DNA from: Sphaerodactylus townsendi
Taxonomy: Eukaryota
Direction: 5' to 3'
Assembly: GCF_021028975.2 (NCBI RefSeq)
Contig: NC_059430.1
Location: forward strand, 33,790,001-33,854,000
Length of the DNA stretch: 64,000 bases
Part shown: positions 33,395-46,500 of the stretch, piece by piece
Layout of the letters: the number at the start of each line of letters is the position of its first letter
How positions within the stretch are numbered: the first letter of the stretch is position 1
Notes under the pieces: model-generated
Databases searched by the model: none
What the model was told of the DNA's origin: nothing
What the model saw: only the letters and a program-made list of their open reading frames with translations
Made by a program: the position numbers and the translations under genes

Positions 33395-36300
33395 TACCAT
33401 TGTTTACATTTAAGGCATTCCAGTCATTATTTCCAGTGCACATAACCTAGGTCTACATGGTATTTGGTGATGTGATTTATGTTCTGCCCCCCAAGTGAAA
33501 CCATCTGAAGGTGCCCTGTTCTTGGGTGGGACAGAGTGGGAGAGTCACACACCAGGTTCAAATAAAAGGTCTGTTGCTGGAAGAATTGAGACCCTAACTC
33601 CTCCCAGGGTCTGCCTAAAATAAAGTACTTTCTTGACTGGAACAAACTTGAAGCTGTAGACTTTATTCTTTCTTGGCTGCTTTCAAGAAAGTCCACTCTG
33701 CCTTTGCTTTCTTTAGGTTCCTTGAGTCTTATCTGGATTCTGCTGTTAACTATAACTTTATGCTCTCTGTACACCTAGGACGTAAGGTATACTTCAGAAT
33801 TCCAACTCCTTAGGCACCTTGAACTGACTGACTGAACTGAGTTAAATGGGGATTGCTGAGTAATTACAGGAAGACTGCCTCTTGGGAGATTTCTTAAAGG
33901 GACAGGGGCTAACTAAAATTCCCTCCCTCAAAAGACTATACAAAGAACTAAACCCATGCTAGCTATAGGGAAACTTAGACTTAATTAAAAAATAACAAAG
34001 GCTACTGTGGGGGCATGACAATTTACCTCCTTTATTGTACAGCTGTATGAGACAGCAGTTGACTTATGCAGTCCAAAAATGATATTGACGTAGTGTTTCA
34101 AAATGAAACTTAGCCAAATGTGCTACGATGTGCGCCTAAGAGCTCCAGTATGGTCATGCTATTGAGACCAACTTTTTCAGCCATGCTTTTATTAAATCAG
34201 GAATTTTTTTCCAGCAGTAAATTATACCCTGTAAAGATCATGTTTCTTGCAGAGACTCCCTATACTTTTGAACAAAAGTGTCTGTTTTGTATAGCCTTTC
34301 CAGAGTCAATATTAAACTACAATTAAAATTAAACATCAGTTCTTTTATTTCAATTAATTTATACCTGCTTCTTTTCAACACAAAGCAATTCAGCATTAAG
34401 ACTTCTTAAAAATGTCACAATTAAGCACCAGAAGATATCATAACACATTTAATTTTTGCAAGGAATTGGCAGATAAGAAGTGTTTAAACTCTGTTTAAAG
34501 CACCATGTTTGAGAATGTGTGCACATTCACATTTAACCTGTCACTTTGTAATTATTTTCAAGTCATAGATGACTCTTCCAAAACAAGACATTTCCTTTCA
34601 TTTTCATGATAGTCACTACTGAGCGATCAGCAATGCTTAACAGTTTTGTTAAATATAAAATTGTTCCAGATCCCTGACGCAAGGCACTTCAAGCACTTGC
34701 AAGAAAGAGTCCTTGTAAACAATGATACATATAAAATAAGTGAATAATTTTTGTAGATTGCTGACTGTACAATGAACAATTCTCATACAGAATAACTAAC
34801 ATGATTAGAACCAGAATATACATCTCAATTTTAATTTAAAACAAGGGGTTGGATCCAAAGACATCCTTTCCGTAAGTTGAAGAGCATATCTCCATTAATG
34901 GATGGGTATTATCATCAAAGGCAGTGCAGTTCTTCCACTAGCAAAATGTGGGCAGCTGTCCAGTTTGCCCAGTACTAGAGGAAAAGGCAGCAGCAGCTAT
35001 CCCAAATCCAATGGCCCTCCACTGAGACGAAACCTCCTATGAAAGCCCTGTCTGTCTAGCTGGCTGGTCTGGCAAGGCTGTGCTGACCGCCTAGTTCCCA
35101 GTCTCAGTACACGAGCAAAAAGCTGGCAAGAAGATACAGAAAACACAAGCACAGCATTTTCAGTTCTTTTTACTGCTGTAGCCCCTTCTTCCAGGTCTAG
35201 CACAACAGCCCCCCAATTCTGACTGGGTAGTGAGCAGATGACTACCTATGGGAAAGTAAGCAAGACTTGCCCATACGAGTTGGCAGCTTCCCCTGAACCC
35301 ATCTCAACCATACTGGCTGCACCAAAGCAGTGTGCTCATATCTGTAGGCACAAGACTGCTGAATGATTCTCTGCCAACTGCTAATAGTACTTTGAATCCA
35401 ACTTGATTACACGATTACATAGAGGGACCATAAACATGCTTATCTCTTAAACAGCAGATCGGAACACATTTTGAACATGTTTAAGCTGCTAGCAAACTAT
35501 ATGGATTCACTTTCATTTAATCCACTCAATTCATCATTGCTAAACACTAATACACACAAAAAGAAAAATCCAGCAGTTTACGGTGCAGTTAAACAATCCC
35601 AATCCCTATGTACACATGATGGAGAGACAATTTCCTGTGCATAATTCAAGTATCCAAAGCACCTAATTATAAGATTATCAAAACTACCATTTGATCCTCT
35701 TATTGCTTTTACTTCAAGTCATCTCTTCCCTACTATGACAAAGAAAAAAAGAAAAGTGGACAAAGAAGCAAAATAGTGAACAACAAATACACTGAAAATT
35801 TCAGGAAAGACAGAGGGCAAGATTCACGTTTCATGAAGACAGAGCACCTGCCGGTGGAGGATTTTCATCTGCCACACCTAGACAATTTACTAGGACGTTT
35901 GAAGGAATGCACCTCCCTTGTCTCTATCAAGTCTTTCTTCTAACACATTTCAAGTCATAGAAAGAGAGTGTTGGATGGGAATATGAGAGACATACATAAA
36001 TATTAATCTATCTCGATGTCCTGTTGCAGATACCTGCACATATGAAAAAGAAAAGAGAGCTTTGAGTCTTAATGTAACTCTTTACGTCCCAGTTTTGGGC
36101 CTGCCCGTCTAGTGGATTGCGTCTCAAGTATTTAGGAAAAGTTTTATTAATGGGTAAGTAATGCCCATTTCTCATGTTCTTCTTTGTAGCTGCCTAAGGT
36201 TTGAATGGCCCTTCATCAATCTTTTGTTGAGTGGAATACTAGAAAGGAAACAGTGCTCTTATTTTGAAACCTGCACAAAGAAACAGCTTGTTTCCTTTCA

Positions 36301-37599
36301 AGGTGGTCCTGGATTCAACCCACACATTTTCAGGAGCACGGAATCCTTCCATTCGAGAAGAGAGGCTGCTCTCCTAATAGCTGAGCATTTAGAGGGGAAT
36401 GAACAGAATACAGTTGCTGTAGGTTCTCTTCCATGAGAGGGTGGAAATGAAAACAGGCATTCAGAAGCACAAATACTCTCCCCCGTCTCATGGATGCAAA
36501 AGGTTTAAGAGTTCATGCATACATACATGCTTCTCATGCAGTGACAAGTGACTTGCATTTACGAAAGGTCCACTGCAGACAACACTTTCCTTATAAGCTT
36601 TTTATAGTCTTAAAGGGGGGGGAGGAGTACTTTGTCAAAACTAAAAGGGCCCCCCACACCTTCAGAGATCATTGCAAAAGTACTTCAAGTCCTCATTTTT
36701 AAAGCCCTTCATTCCTAGCAGATGACTCGTTCCTTGTGATCTGAACAGAAAACATCTTCCTTATAAATTTTCTTCACACCCTTAGTTGATGTTAGCAAAT
36801 GGTCAGATCTGACTGGCACTGCTTTATCACATTCAGCACTTGATTCCCAACTGTCTAGGGCCACTTGAGAAAGAATAAAATAGGAAGAAAGCAATAGGGT
36901 GAAAACGTGAAAAAGCGAAAAACTTTTTCAACTGAGAGTGTACCTGGAGAACAGCCGGCTCAACTCTAGGTTTTCAGTGGAGTTAATTACACAATCAGCT
37001 GCCACTAATCATAACATGCAGACACGCATGAACCAGGACCAAGGTAAGCTTTGCAGCTCTTTTCTTAGAAAGCAACAAAGTTACAGTTCCTACAAGAGGA
37101 ATTATATCACTTTTGTAGAGAAGTCAGGGATAGGCTATTCAGCTACGACTGTGTAACAGCTTTGCTGGACATTAATAGCTTGCTATAGTCCAGTCCAGTA
37201 ACCACGTTATATTTATAACGGACTTTCTGCCTCCTACGAAATATTCCAGCACTTGAGGGGACAAAGCTACAAACGTGTGCACAGACCTCTACATTACAAA
37301 AAAAACCAAACAGATTTAAAGCAAGAAATAAGTTGACTACTCATCTGTGAAGACCTGTTAAAATTATGGAATTATTTAAATACAAAAAGCCTCTTTAAAA
37401 AGGAAGTTTCTTTCTCTTAAAAACCATGGACATATTCTTAAAATGACCTAATTCACTGGTCTAACTACAATTGGCTTGAACTACTGTTAGAAAACTAAGA
37501 GGGTAAAATGCTATTAAATGCTCCAGTTGGGGAACTGAGGCACCATTCTTGTTGACTGTGTACATAAAAAAATTTCAGGTATGACTGAAAAGGCAGACT

Positions 37600-40500
37600 T
37601 TAAGCATTGTTTTCTTGTTCCTCTTGTGGCCTATGGTTGTTAAACTCAGGAATCGCGTCTGTAAAGGATTGCGTCATCCACTGTCCATTGGGGACATCTC
37701 CAAAGGAAGATCCACTGCTACATTCTGCATTGGATGCTGCATAAAAACAAACCAAGAGGTTTTACTAATTTAGCGGGCATTGTGTCCAAAAGAAACAGCA
37801 TTTCCACTAAGCAATTTACATTTGAAATATGCCTGACCAGGCACAGTTTTGATCATTAAAAATTTTTCTATCTGCTCAACAAGAACATAGCCACTGGGAA
37901 TGCTGTGGCGGCCACAACTTCTTTCTGAAGTTTTTATCTTTAAAGAGCACATATTTAGTCTTTTACTTAAGACAGAAAAAAAAATACAATGGTAGTATTT
38001 TGTCCAACTGTACAACAAAATAGCAAAATTGGCTCCCAGTTTTCTTCCCCAAAAATACAAAAGAATTAGGATAACAGAAAAGAACGTAAAATGTTTAAAT
38101 TTTATTAAAACTCAACTTTGTTACTAAACTAGGCTGACCAGCCGTCCCGCTTTTGGCAGGACGGTCACACATTTAAACAATTTGTCCCGCGGGTTCTGCA
38201 AATTGTCCCGATTTTTGGGAGGCTGCTGCACTGCCTTCTGGGGTGCAAGGCAGTGCGGCAGCCTCCCGTGCGCCCGGCCGCAGGAGCGCATGGCCTTCTG
38301 GGGCTTGCCGTTTGCCGCTCTGTCACAGGGCGGCAAATGGCAAGCCCCAGAAGCCCGTGCGCTTCTGCGGCTGCGCGCACGGCCGCTTCCCCCATCCCGG
38401 ATCACAAAGGTGACCATCTGGTCACCTTATACTAAACATATCCTTGCACTGAGTTTTCCTGTCACACACTAACTTCCAATGCCCCCTGTAAATATCCCTT
38501 GCTACAGCCCTGCTGGTTACAATAATTATTTCATTTAAAAGAGCAAATTTTAATGAGGGGGAAAAACCTGGATCCTGCTTGAAACTGTGCGAGGGTGGCA
38601 GAACTCTGACACTTTCCCCTCCCCAGCTAATCTTGGTGGTTCCCTGTCCTCAGGAGCAGCATTTTTGACACATTCTGAGTTGCAGTGGGAAGTGAGAAAG
38701 TCTCCGTCCACAGACAGAAATTCTTCCAGTTATTTAACCAGAACATTCAATAAAAAATTTGCCACCCCCTCCCATACCCCAACATCTTGGGAGTTCAATA
38801 AAGAACCCACAGTGGAACTAATAAGACAACATTTTGTTTGAATAGAGGATAAAAAAAGAACACTTGAGAGCGAGAACTCGAGTATTTAGGGCAACTAAAC
38901 AGTAATATGTCGGACAGTGAGGACAGACTCGTTCCTGTTGAGGAATATTCCGATACCTCCCCTGGACCATTTCAGAAGGCAGGGTGTTACGTCTAGTTCT
39001 AGTGAATCTCTGCCTAGGATCAAGTATTAGTTTTCAATAATTAGGTGTCTGATCTTTTTCAGGAACGATTCCAAAATATAAGAGGGAGCTTGCACTTCTC
39101 ACCTTACTCATTAACTGTTGATAAAATTTCTTTCTAGTTCTAAACCTACTGTTACAGTGATCTAAAAAAATAGAATTATTAAAATAATTAGTAGAAATTA
39201 TTTCTACTCAATTTGTATTTTTTTCTCGTTTCAGAGGGTAGCTGTGTGGGTTTGCAGTTGAACAGTTACATTCAAGTCCAGTAACACCTTAGAGACCCAC
39301 ATGAGTTTCAGGGCATAAGCGTTGGAGAGTCAAAGCTCCCTTGGTCAGATACCAGACAAAGGTACCAGATGAAGGAAGCTTTTATACATCCCCAAAATCT
39401 TGTCGGTCTATTAAAATGCTCAAATCAAGCTATTTTTTCTATTTATTTACATTAAAAGCCCTGCCGCCTCCAGAGGGCTTCTCGGCAGTATAGGGAGGCA
39501 AAAAAAAAAAAGCCTTCCCACTGGCGAAAAGTCCTCCACTAGGCTCAATGGACTCAAAGACCCAGTGAGGTGGAAATCATCTAACATCAGGTCCACCCCT
39601 GCCCATGCCTCTGGAATGCCCCTGCTACACCAGAAGAGGCATGGGGGTGCTCACACTGCACTCTGTGTGGCATTGGGGCATCATGGGAGGCAGCAGCAGT
39701 GAAGTGCTGCTGAATTTGCCCCTCCACTGAGGTAAGTGCCCCAGGGAGAGCAAATCTGCTGGCATAGCATCACCTCCACAATTGCCCCCCCCCCTTCTGG
39801 ATTTGGCCGTAAGAAATGAAAATTAATTTAAAAAAACAATCTACCTGCTCCATTTGAAGAAAAGTTACATGGTTCACTCTCATTGGCTGTTTTCTCACTG
39901 TAAGCTCCTCCATAAGCTGCTTCATAACCTGGATCATATTTTTCTTCTTTGACGGCCATTTTCTTAGCATCCTCTAGATAAGCACATAACAAAGTTAATT
40001 CACGTGCAGTCATAAGTCAGGATATGTACAATTTTGTGACGGTCATGCTTCAAATATGCAACACTGACACAGTCCTCCAATTCATGGCACCGAGGGACTG
40101 TTCACACATACAGTTTTATTTTATACATGCATTCAGTAAATTGAATTGAGTTTAACTTGCTAAGTTATACCTTGTGCAAGCTGCAAGTCAAAAGTGTACT
40201 GCACTTCTTGGATCTCTGCGTTTGGTGTAATGCCTTTCAGCTGATCCCTTAGCTCTTTCAGCTTTATATAATAATGAACTTTGTCCTGCGCCCGAGGAAA
40301 CTGAGCACATCTTGCACTGGAGGATGGCATAACGTAGCAAAGCTGTGCAAAACATCCCACAAAAGAACATGCCATGTCAGGTCAGAAAGTTGGTATAGCC
40401 GTTACTGAAGAACTATGAACAAAATGCATACATTTCTAATGTCTCTCCGTTCTATCAAACACAGTAACTGTAAAAATTGGGCAAGTAAAGATGAATATGA

Positions 40501-43500
40501 AGTGTTCTCTCCATCTCAATATATTTAAATTAACTGCACATACAGCCTTATTACTTACCGTTCCAAAAATGAGAAGGTTTATATATCCAATTCACTAATC
40601 TGACTTTTGCACTCAAATGAAATAATTACTGATTAAAATATCTACTGATCATGATTCTGTGCATTTTTAAAAATTTCTAAGCAAGGTAGGCACTTACAGT
40701 TTCTGTGTCCGGAACTTTATGAGGCTGCAGTCCGAATTCCAGTTTTTTCACCTTCACTCCAAAAACCTCTTTACTAAAAATGTCATAAATACCTACAGAA
40801 AATCAGACAGAACCCACTGTTAGACACACTGACTGAGCAGAAGAACCATAACACAGGAGCTGATTAAATAGAAACCTCACATTTTCCATTAAAAACTGCT
40901 ATTTTAGGTTGATACTTCTGTAATTTCTGCACCAGAATTCGTCCTCCTTCCCGAAACTCTTTGCTAAAAGGAAAAAAGAACCAAAAATAAAAATTGGACC
41001 ACGGTTACCAGGGTCTACTGCGTGATGTCTGGACTTTTACCTTACCTGGAAAGGTCCTTGCTTCCTGGTGTAGTCCTTTCCACCATATTTGTAAATCCAA
41101 TATTATATTTGTGTGGCAAGGTATGATCATCCATATGGTTCAACTGCTGGTCACTAAGTCCAGACAAAAACAGACACTTCCCTGTGAAGCCAGAAAATGC
41201 ACGTTATATATTGTATAATATTACACTTTATTTTCAGCAAGATAAGCGACCAACAAACATACATATTGATGTTAGAGAAACTGTGTCATACTAGTCTGTT
41301 TTCAGTCCATGGATCAAGAAGCCTCCACCTGCTGGCTTGTGAGCCAGTGTGCCATAGTGGTTGAGAGCAGCAGATTCTAATCAGGAGAACCAGGTTTGTT
41401 TCCCCCATTCCTCCACATGAAGACTGCTGGGTGATCTTGGGCTAGTGACAGTTCTCTCAGAACTCCCTTACTCCCCCTTTCCTAACAAGGTGTCTGTTGT
41501 GGGGAGTGGTAGGGAAGGTGGTTGTAAGCCGCTTTGAGATTCCACAATGTAAAGAAAAGCAGAGTATAAAACCCAGCTCTTCTGAGCCCTTGCACAGCAG
41601 GCTGTTTTGTCTTTTGATTTCTGGAAGGGCTTGTTCCTACTTCACATGCGTGGAAAGCAAAGGTGCTAAATATTCTGGCTTCTTTGGACTGCATGCTGAG
41701 AAGAACAGCAGAGAAGTGAGAAGAGATAATTCAGCAATGGAGAGGATTCCTATAAGGCTCTGACACTTCTCTTGTCCTTCCTGTTTCCATCTCTTAGACC
41801 ACTGCCTACAACCCTAGCCTTGATTCTGGGTTCCCTCCTTCTGACCAGTGATTTTGATATCATGTGTCTTCCTTTCATGTGCTTGCAGCTCCTTGGCCCC
41901 TGATGCCACTGGTCTGGAAAGGCTGAACATCACTGGACTAGATCACCAGTATTTTAAAACCAGTTTTTGATATTCCTTCATATTGTGTGTCCAGACTGGC
42001 AACCTGTCACACAATGATACTCGTGCAAGGGGCAATATAGCACACACCTCTTCCCAGAATCCTGCCCTGTTGACCATTCCATTTCATGGCATTTCCACCA
42101 AACCTTACTAACAGCTACAAACTTGCCTGTAATTGCTCTGGACATATAATCTTTTGTTCCACCATCACTCCTCACCTTCAGTTTTTCTAAGGATGAATTT
42201 GCACCAACTCATCATTTTACACAGCCTCCATTTAAAAGGTTCCTTGTAGCAGAAGTCGGGCTATTTCACTAAACTTTCTCAAAAATATCATCGAACCGCC
42301 CACCCCACCCCGGCCTATAATTAATTGAGAATTAAAACTGAACCTTACAATTGAGCAGTTGGAAATTAGAAAAATAATCAGCAGACCATGAGATCAGACT
42401 ACTTACAAAAGTGGTTTCCAGGTCCTGGGTAATGATGCCCTTTGTAGGCTGCCATTAAGCCTGGATTTATACCAATCTAGAAAGCAAAACACTAATGAAA
42501 TAATTGTGATTTTGAACCAATGAACAATATCACATGCCAAATAAGTACAAATCTTAAAAACTGCAGTAGCACAGGGGATCCCTGTGTGATGTCAGTGGGT
42601 GCCATGGCACCCACTGACACCTTTTCTAGTGCCCACCAAGGGTTTTTATAAAGTGGGCAGGGCCAGGTGGGGCTTTTGCCCAGCAATACTTCTGACAGGT
42701 CGTACAGATTGTTAAAGATGTTGCTTTGGCAACAGCTGCCACTACAGTACAAGGATCTTCATTGTGTGACTAAAAGCTGCAGTAGCCATTTTGTGCATGG
42801 CTCCACCTCCTAAAACAAGTATTTTGTGGCTGCGTCCACCACGCTGTATCAGAATTCCAAAGGTGACCACAGGCTGAAAAAGGCTGCCGATCCCTGCAAT
42901 AACATGTAACTATATGTTGCTAGGGTAGGGGCAGGATACAGGGTTGGGTAGGTCTAAAACGTTAATAAAATCTGAAAGAAAACACTGAATTTCCAGCATT
43001 TAGGAAGAATTTATCTTATTATGGCACAATTTCAAGCATTTAGGAAGAATTTATCTTATTATGGCACAATTTCAAGCATTTAGGAAGAATTTATCTTATT
43101 ATGGCACAATTTCCAGCATTTAGGAAGAATTTCTCTTATTATGGTAAATTGTAGAAGTAGTTACTTGAAAAATATTAAAAACAGCAGTACTCTTATCCAT
43201 CAATATCAAGTCAGTGGAAGCATTTGTAAAAAAATCAGCTGAAGAATCTTCACTCCTTGGACCAGAGCAAGAACCAGAAAGCTCATTTTCTAAATAACTG
43301 TCATATTCCTGTTGGCAAGAAGGAAAATCTCTCCTCTCTAGGTTTGCCCTCTCAAAAGTTAAGAATGTTTTAGCAATACATTTATGTAAGGATAGGAAAT
43401 CCACCCATAAGCCAATTCATCTGAGGACATCTTTTAAAGCAAGTTGTACTTAGATGCAAAGTCCACTTAAGTCAATGTGATTATTACAGGTACGTAAGGA

Positions 43501-46500
43501 TTGAAATGTTAGTCCTATTGAAACTAATGAGATTGACAGGCTTAATCAAAGCACCACAGAAGTACTGGTAAAAGCTCCAGCCAAATGCCTTCTGACTGGA
43601 CCAACACTTCCTGTGGCTAAGATATGCTTAGCAGGCATATATGGGCAGGACCAGAAGACAGTATGCCAAGGTAACCCCTGACACTGCCTTGAATTTTACA
43701 GAAAAAAAGGCTGTACACTAAGAGAACTTGGAAAATGCAGGAGTGCAAAACAGTAACTCTTTATACTGAATGTATGAAAAGTCACGTAGTTTGCAAAGAA
43801 TCTAGCAAAGAACACCTGGAACAACAAATGATAATATTCTGAGCTTTCCTTGTATTCAACGTAAAAAAATATATTGTAGTCCTGTTGTAAAATTTTCTTT
43901 TAAAATTGGCTGATTCAGTGGAATTAGTTATTTGTACAATAATTATTTTTATTTGTTACAAAAATGCTTAATTTGATTAGTCTGAATTTCAGACGTTATT
44001 GTCAAAGTGAAGCAGAGAATATTGTGGCACTTGAAAGATAAAACAGAATAACTGCGAAATAAGTAGAGCTTGCTTCACTGAATGTATGAACTGTCATTCT
44101 TGGTTGGCAGATTATGCAAGCAACTATCTGTATGCACAACTAGATGGGAAAAAAACCCTGAAATAGCAGGGCCAAGAGGCCATAAAATTCAAAGGGTATA
44201 AGTCTATGCAAATGTATACAAGAACACAACAACCAATTAGCAAATGCTCAAATCAGAATACTGCAAAAATGGCAAAAGTACAGAAGAAGGCAACCAAGGT
44301 TGGCGAACCTGGGGGCTAAGGATCCCGGAGGGCTGCAATATATAAAATGGGGGCTAGGGTACAAAGTGGATAGAAAGGGCTTATGCATGTTCTCCCATAA
44401 TACTAGGAGTACCCAAGAAAGTTTATGAACCATATAAGTTCAGGACAGAAAAAAGAAAATACTTCTTCACCTGATCAGTAATTAAATAGGGGAATTCACT
44501 GCCAGTGGATGTAGTTATGGCCACAAGTGCAGATGACTTTAAAAGGGGAGGAGAAACTCAACAACAGCTGATAGGGTGACCAAAGGGAACCCACATGTAC
44601 TGAGGCAGGAAACTTTGGAATACCAATGCCAGGATGCAACTTCAAGGGAACACCTTGACCTCTGTGTTCTGTTTATTGCTCCCTCAGGGCACCTGATTGG
44701 CCAATGTGTGAAACAGAATGTTGGTCTGAGCCAGCTGGCCTTGTCTTATGGTACTCCACACTTGCATCTGAGACTCATCACCATTTTTCTGCATTCTCAC
44801 TTTCCTTATTTGTAAGGTCCTGTTTGTTGGGAGAGGATCTGTTTTCAAGTGAATTGCCCTGTTAGAGAACCCTTTAGTTTCTGACAAAACAGATTTTAGT
44901 CCACCAAAGTTTGTGTCACAACAAACTGCAGTCTTTTATCAAAAATAACAACACCTGTTTTGTACTTTAACCCAGATTGCCCCCTAAAATTTATCACCAA
45001 GACCCTAACTAAAATCACGGGGGAAGAAATCAAAACCTTTTTTACAATTGACTTACAATTACAATGTCCAGATTGAAAGTCAGTATATCAGGCAATGTTT
45101 TGGTCAACAATTCAGCTTCAGTTACACCATTAAAACGATCCACTTTCCTTTTGACTTTAAAAGTGTCTGTGATTTTCTCTTGCTTGCCTTTTGACTTGGC
45201 AGCTTTAGCAGGAGGTTTTTTGGGTTCCGTTGATTTAGTTTTTCTTTTTCTTCCTTTTGTAGTAGCTGAAAAAACACAGCCCAAGCTCAAGATGTCTTTT
45301 TCAACTGTGGTACTGAATTGTGAAACTACAGTGTTCAATGATATGCACCATATGCTCAAACATGTCAGATTGCTATCAGCTAAACATTATTAGATAATGA
45401 ATATTTACGGCCTTCTAAGTCACAAGCTTTCCCATCCCCTGTGTGTTGGTAATGCTTTTTGATTGCGTTTGAGACACATCACCATTGGATCACCTAATAC
45501 CTCCCAGTTTACTTTTTCTCAAGGCTTGAAAATGAGTTTTTGGCAATCAACCCTGTTCAACTGCCTGCTTCTGATACTACAAGAAGTACATAAAAGAAAA
45601 GTTACTTGAAAAATCCAAGATTTGAGTCCAGTAGTACCTAGACACCAAAAAGATTTTTGGGGTATGATATCTTAAGAGCCAACCTTCTTCAGAAAAATTC
45701 AAGTTATACAACTTCAGCTCCACGCACTGGCTTTGTTCAGTTGTGACAACAAGCCATAATTTTTCAGTATGTGAATGAACCTGGAAGTTCCTTGTACACA
45801 TCCTTTTTCCAACATACACAGGAAGATAACTCTCATTGTTATTTCCATATTTATAGCTAACAATAGCTTGATTTAAGTATAAACTGTAGTTTAAATTTAC
45901 CCTGTAATTTAAGATTCCAAAATGGAAACAATCAATAGCGCATAGCCATCCTGAGCCCAACTTCAGTTGGGAAAGAGCAGGGTAAAAAATCAACAAACAA
46001 ATCTGACAGTCAGATGCAGGGAAGAAGGGCGTGAAAAGGGACATTGTGAAGCCCAAACATTCATTTAGCACATAGCCCAAACATTCAGACAGGTTCATTC
46101 ATATAGAACTGATCATAGTTTGCTTTTGCATTTGATCCTGGCCACTGTTTATTTTGTTCATTTATTCAATTTCTATCCCGTCCTATCCCTGCTCGTTTCT
46201 GCAAAGAACATTCAACTTTAAAGCCACTACCCTGCAATTTAATTCAATTTAGTCAATGTTGCTCATTGCCATACATGATGTCTCAGTAACCATGTAGATG
46301 TCCCAGCTGGTGCTCATTAACCCCCAAGGATGCTTCAAATGTGAAAACAAATCTGCCTTTCCAACCATCTTTGGGAAAGCTGAAATACATCACAACATTG
46401 TGTTGCAAGTCCCTGCTCGTACAATTTCTAAGAAGAAAAACAAGCAAGGAAAGCAGTTCAATAAGAAAGACTGCCTGGATGCTCTCAGATCAAAGTACTG

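Noticed and set aside
42988-43144. CRISPR-like array
   Set aside because: Head-to-tail tandem repeat without spacers, in eukaryotic DNA.
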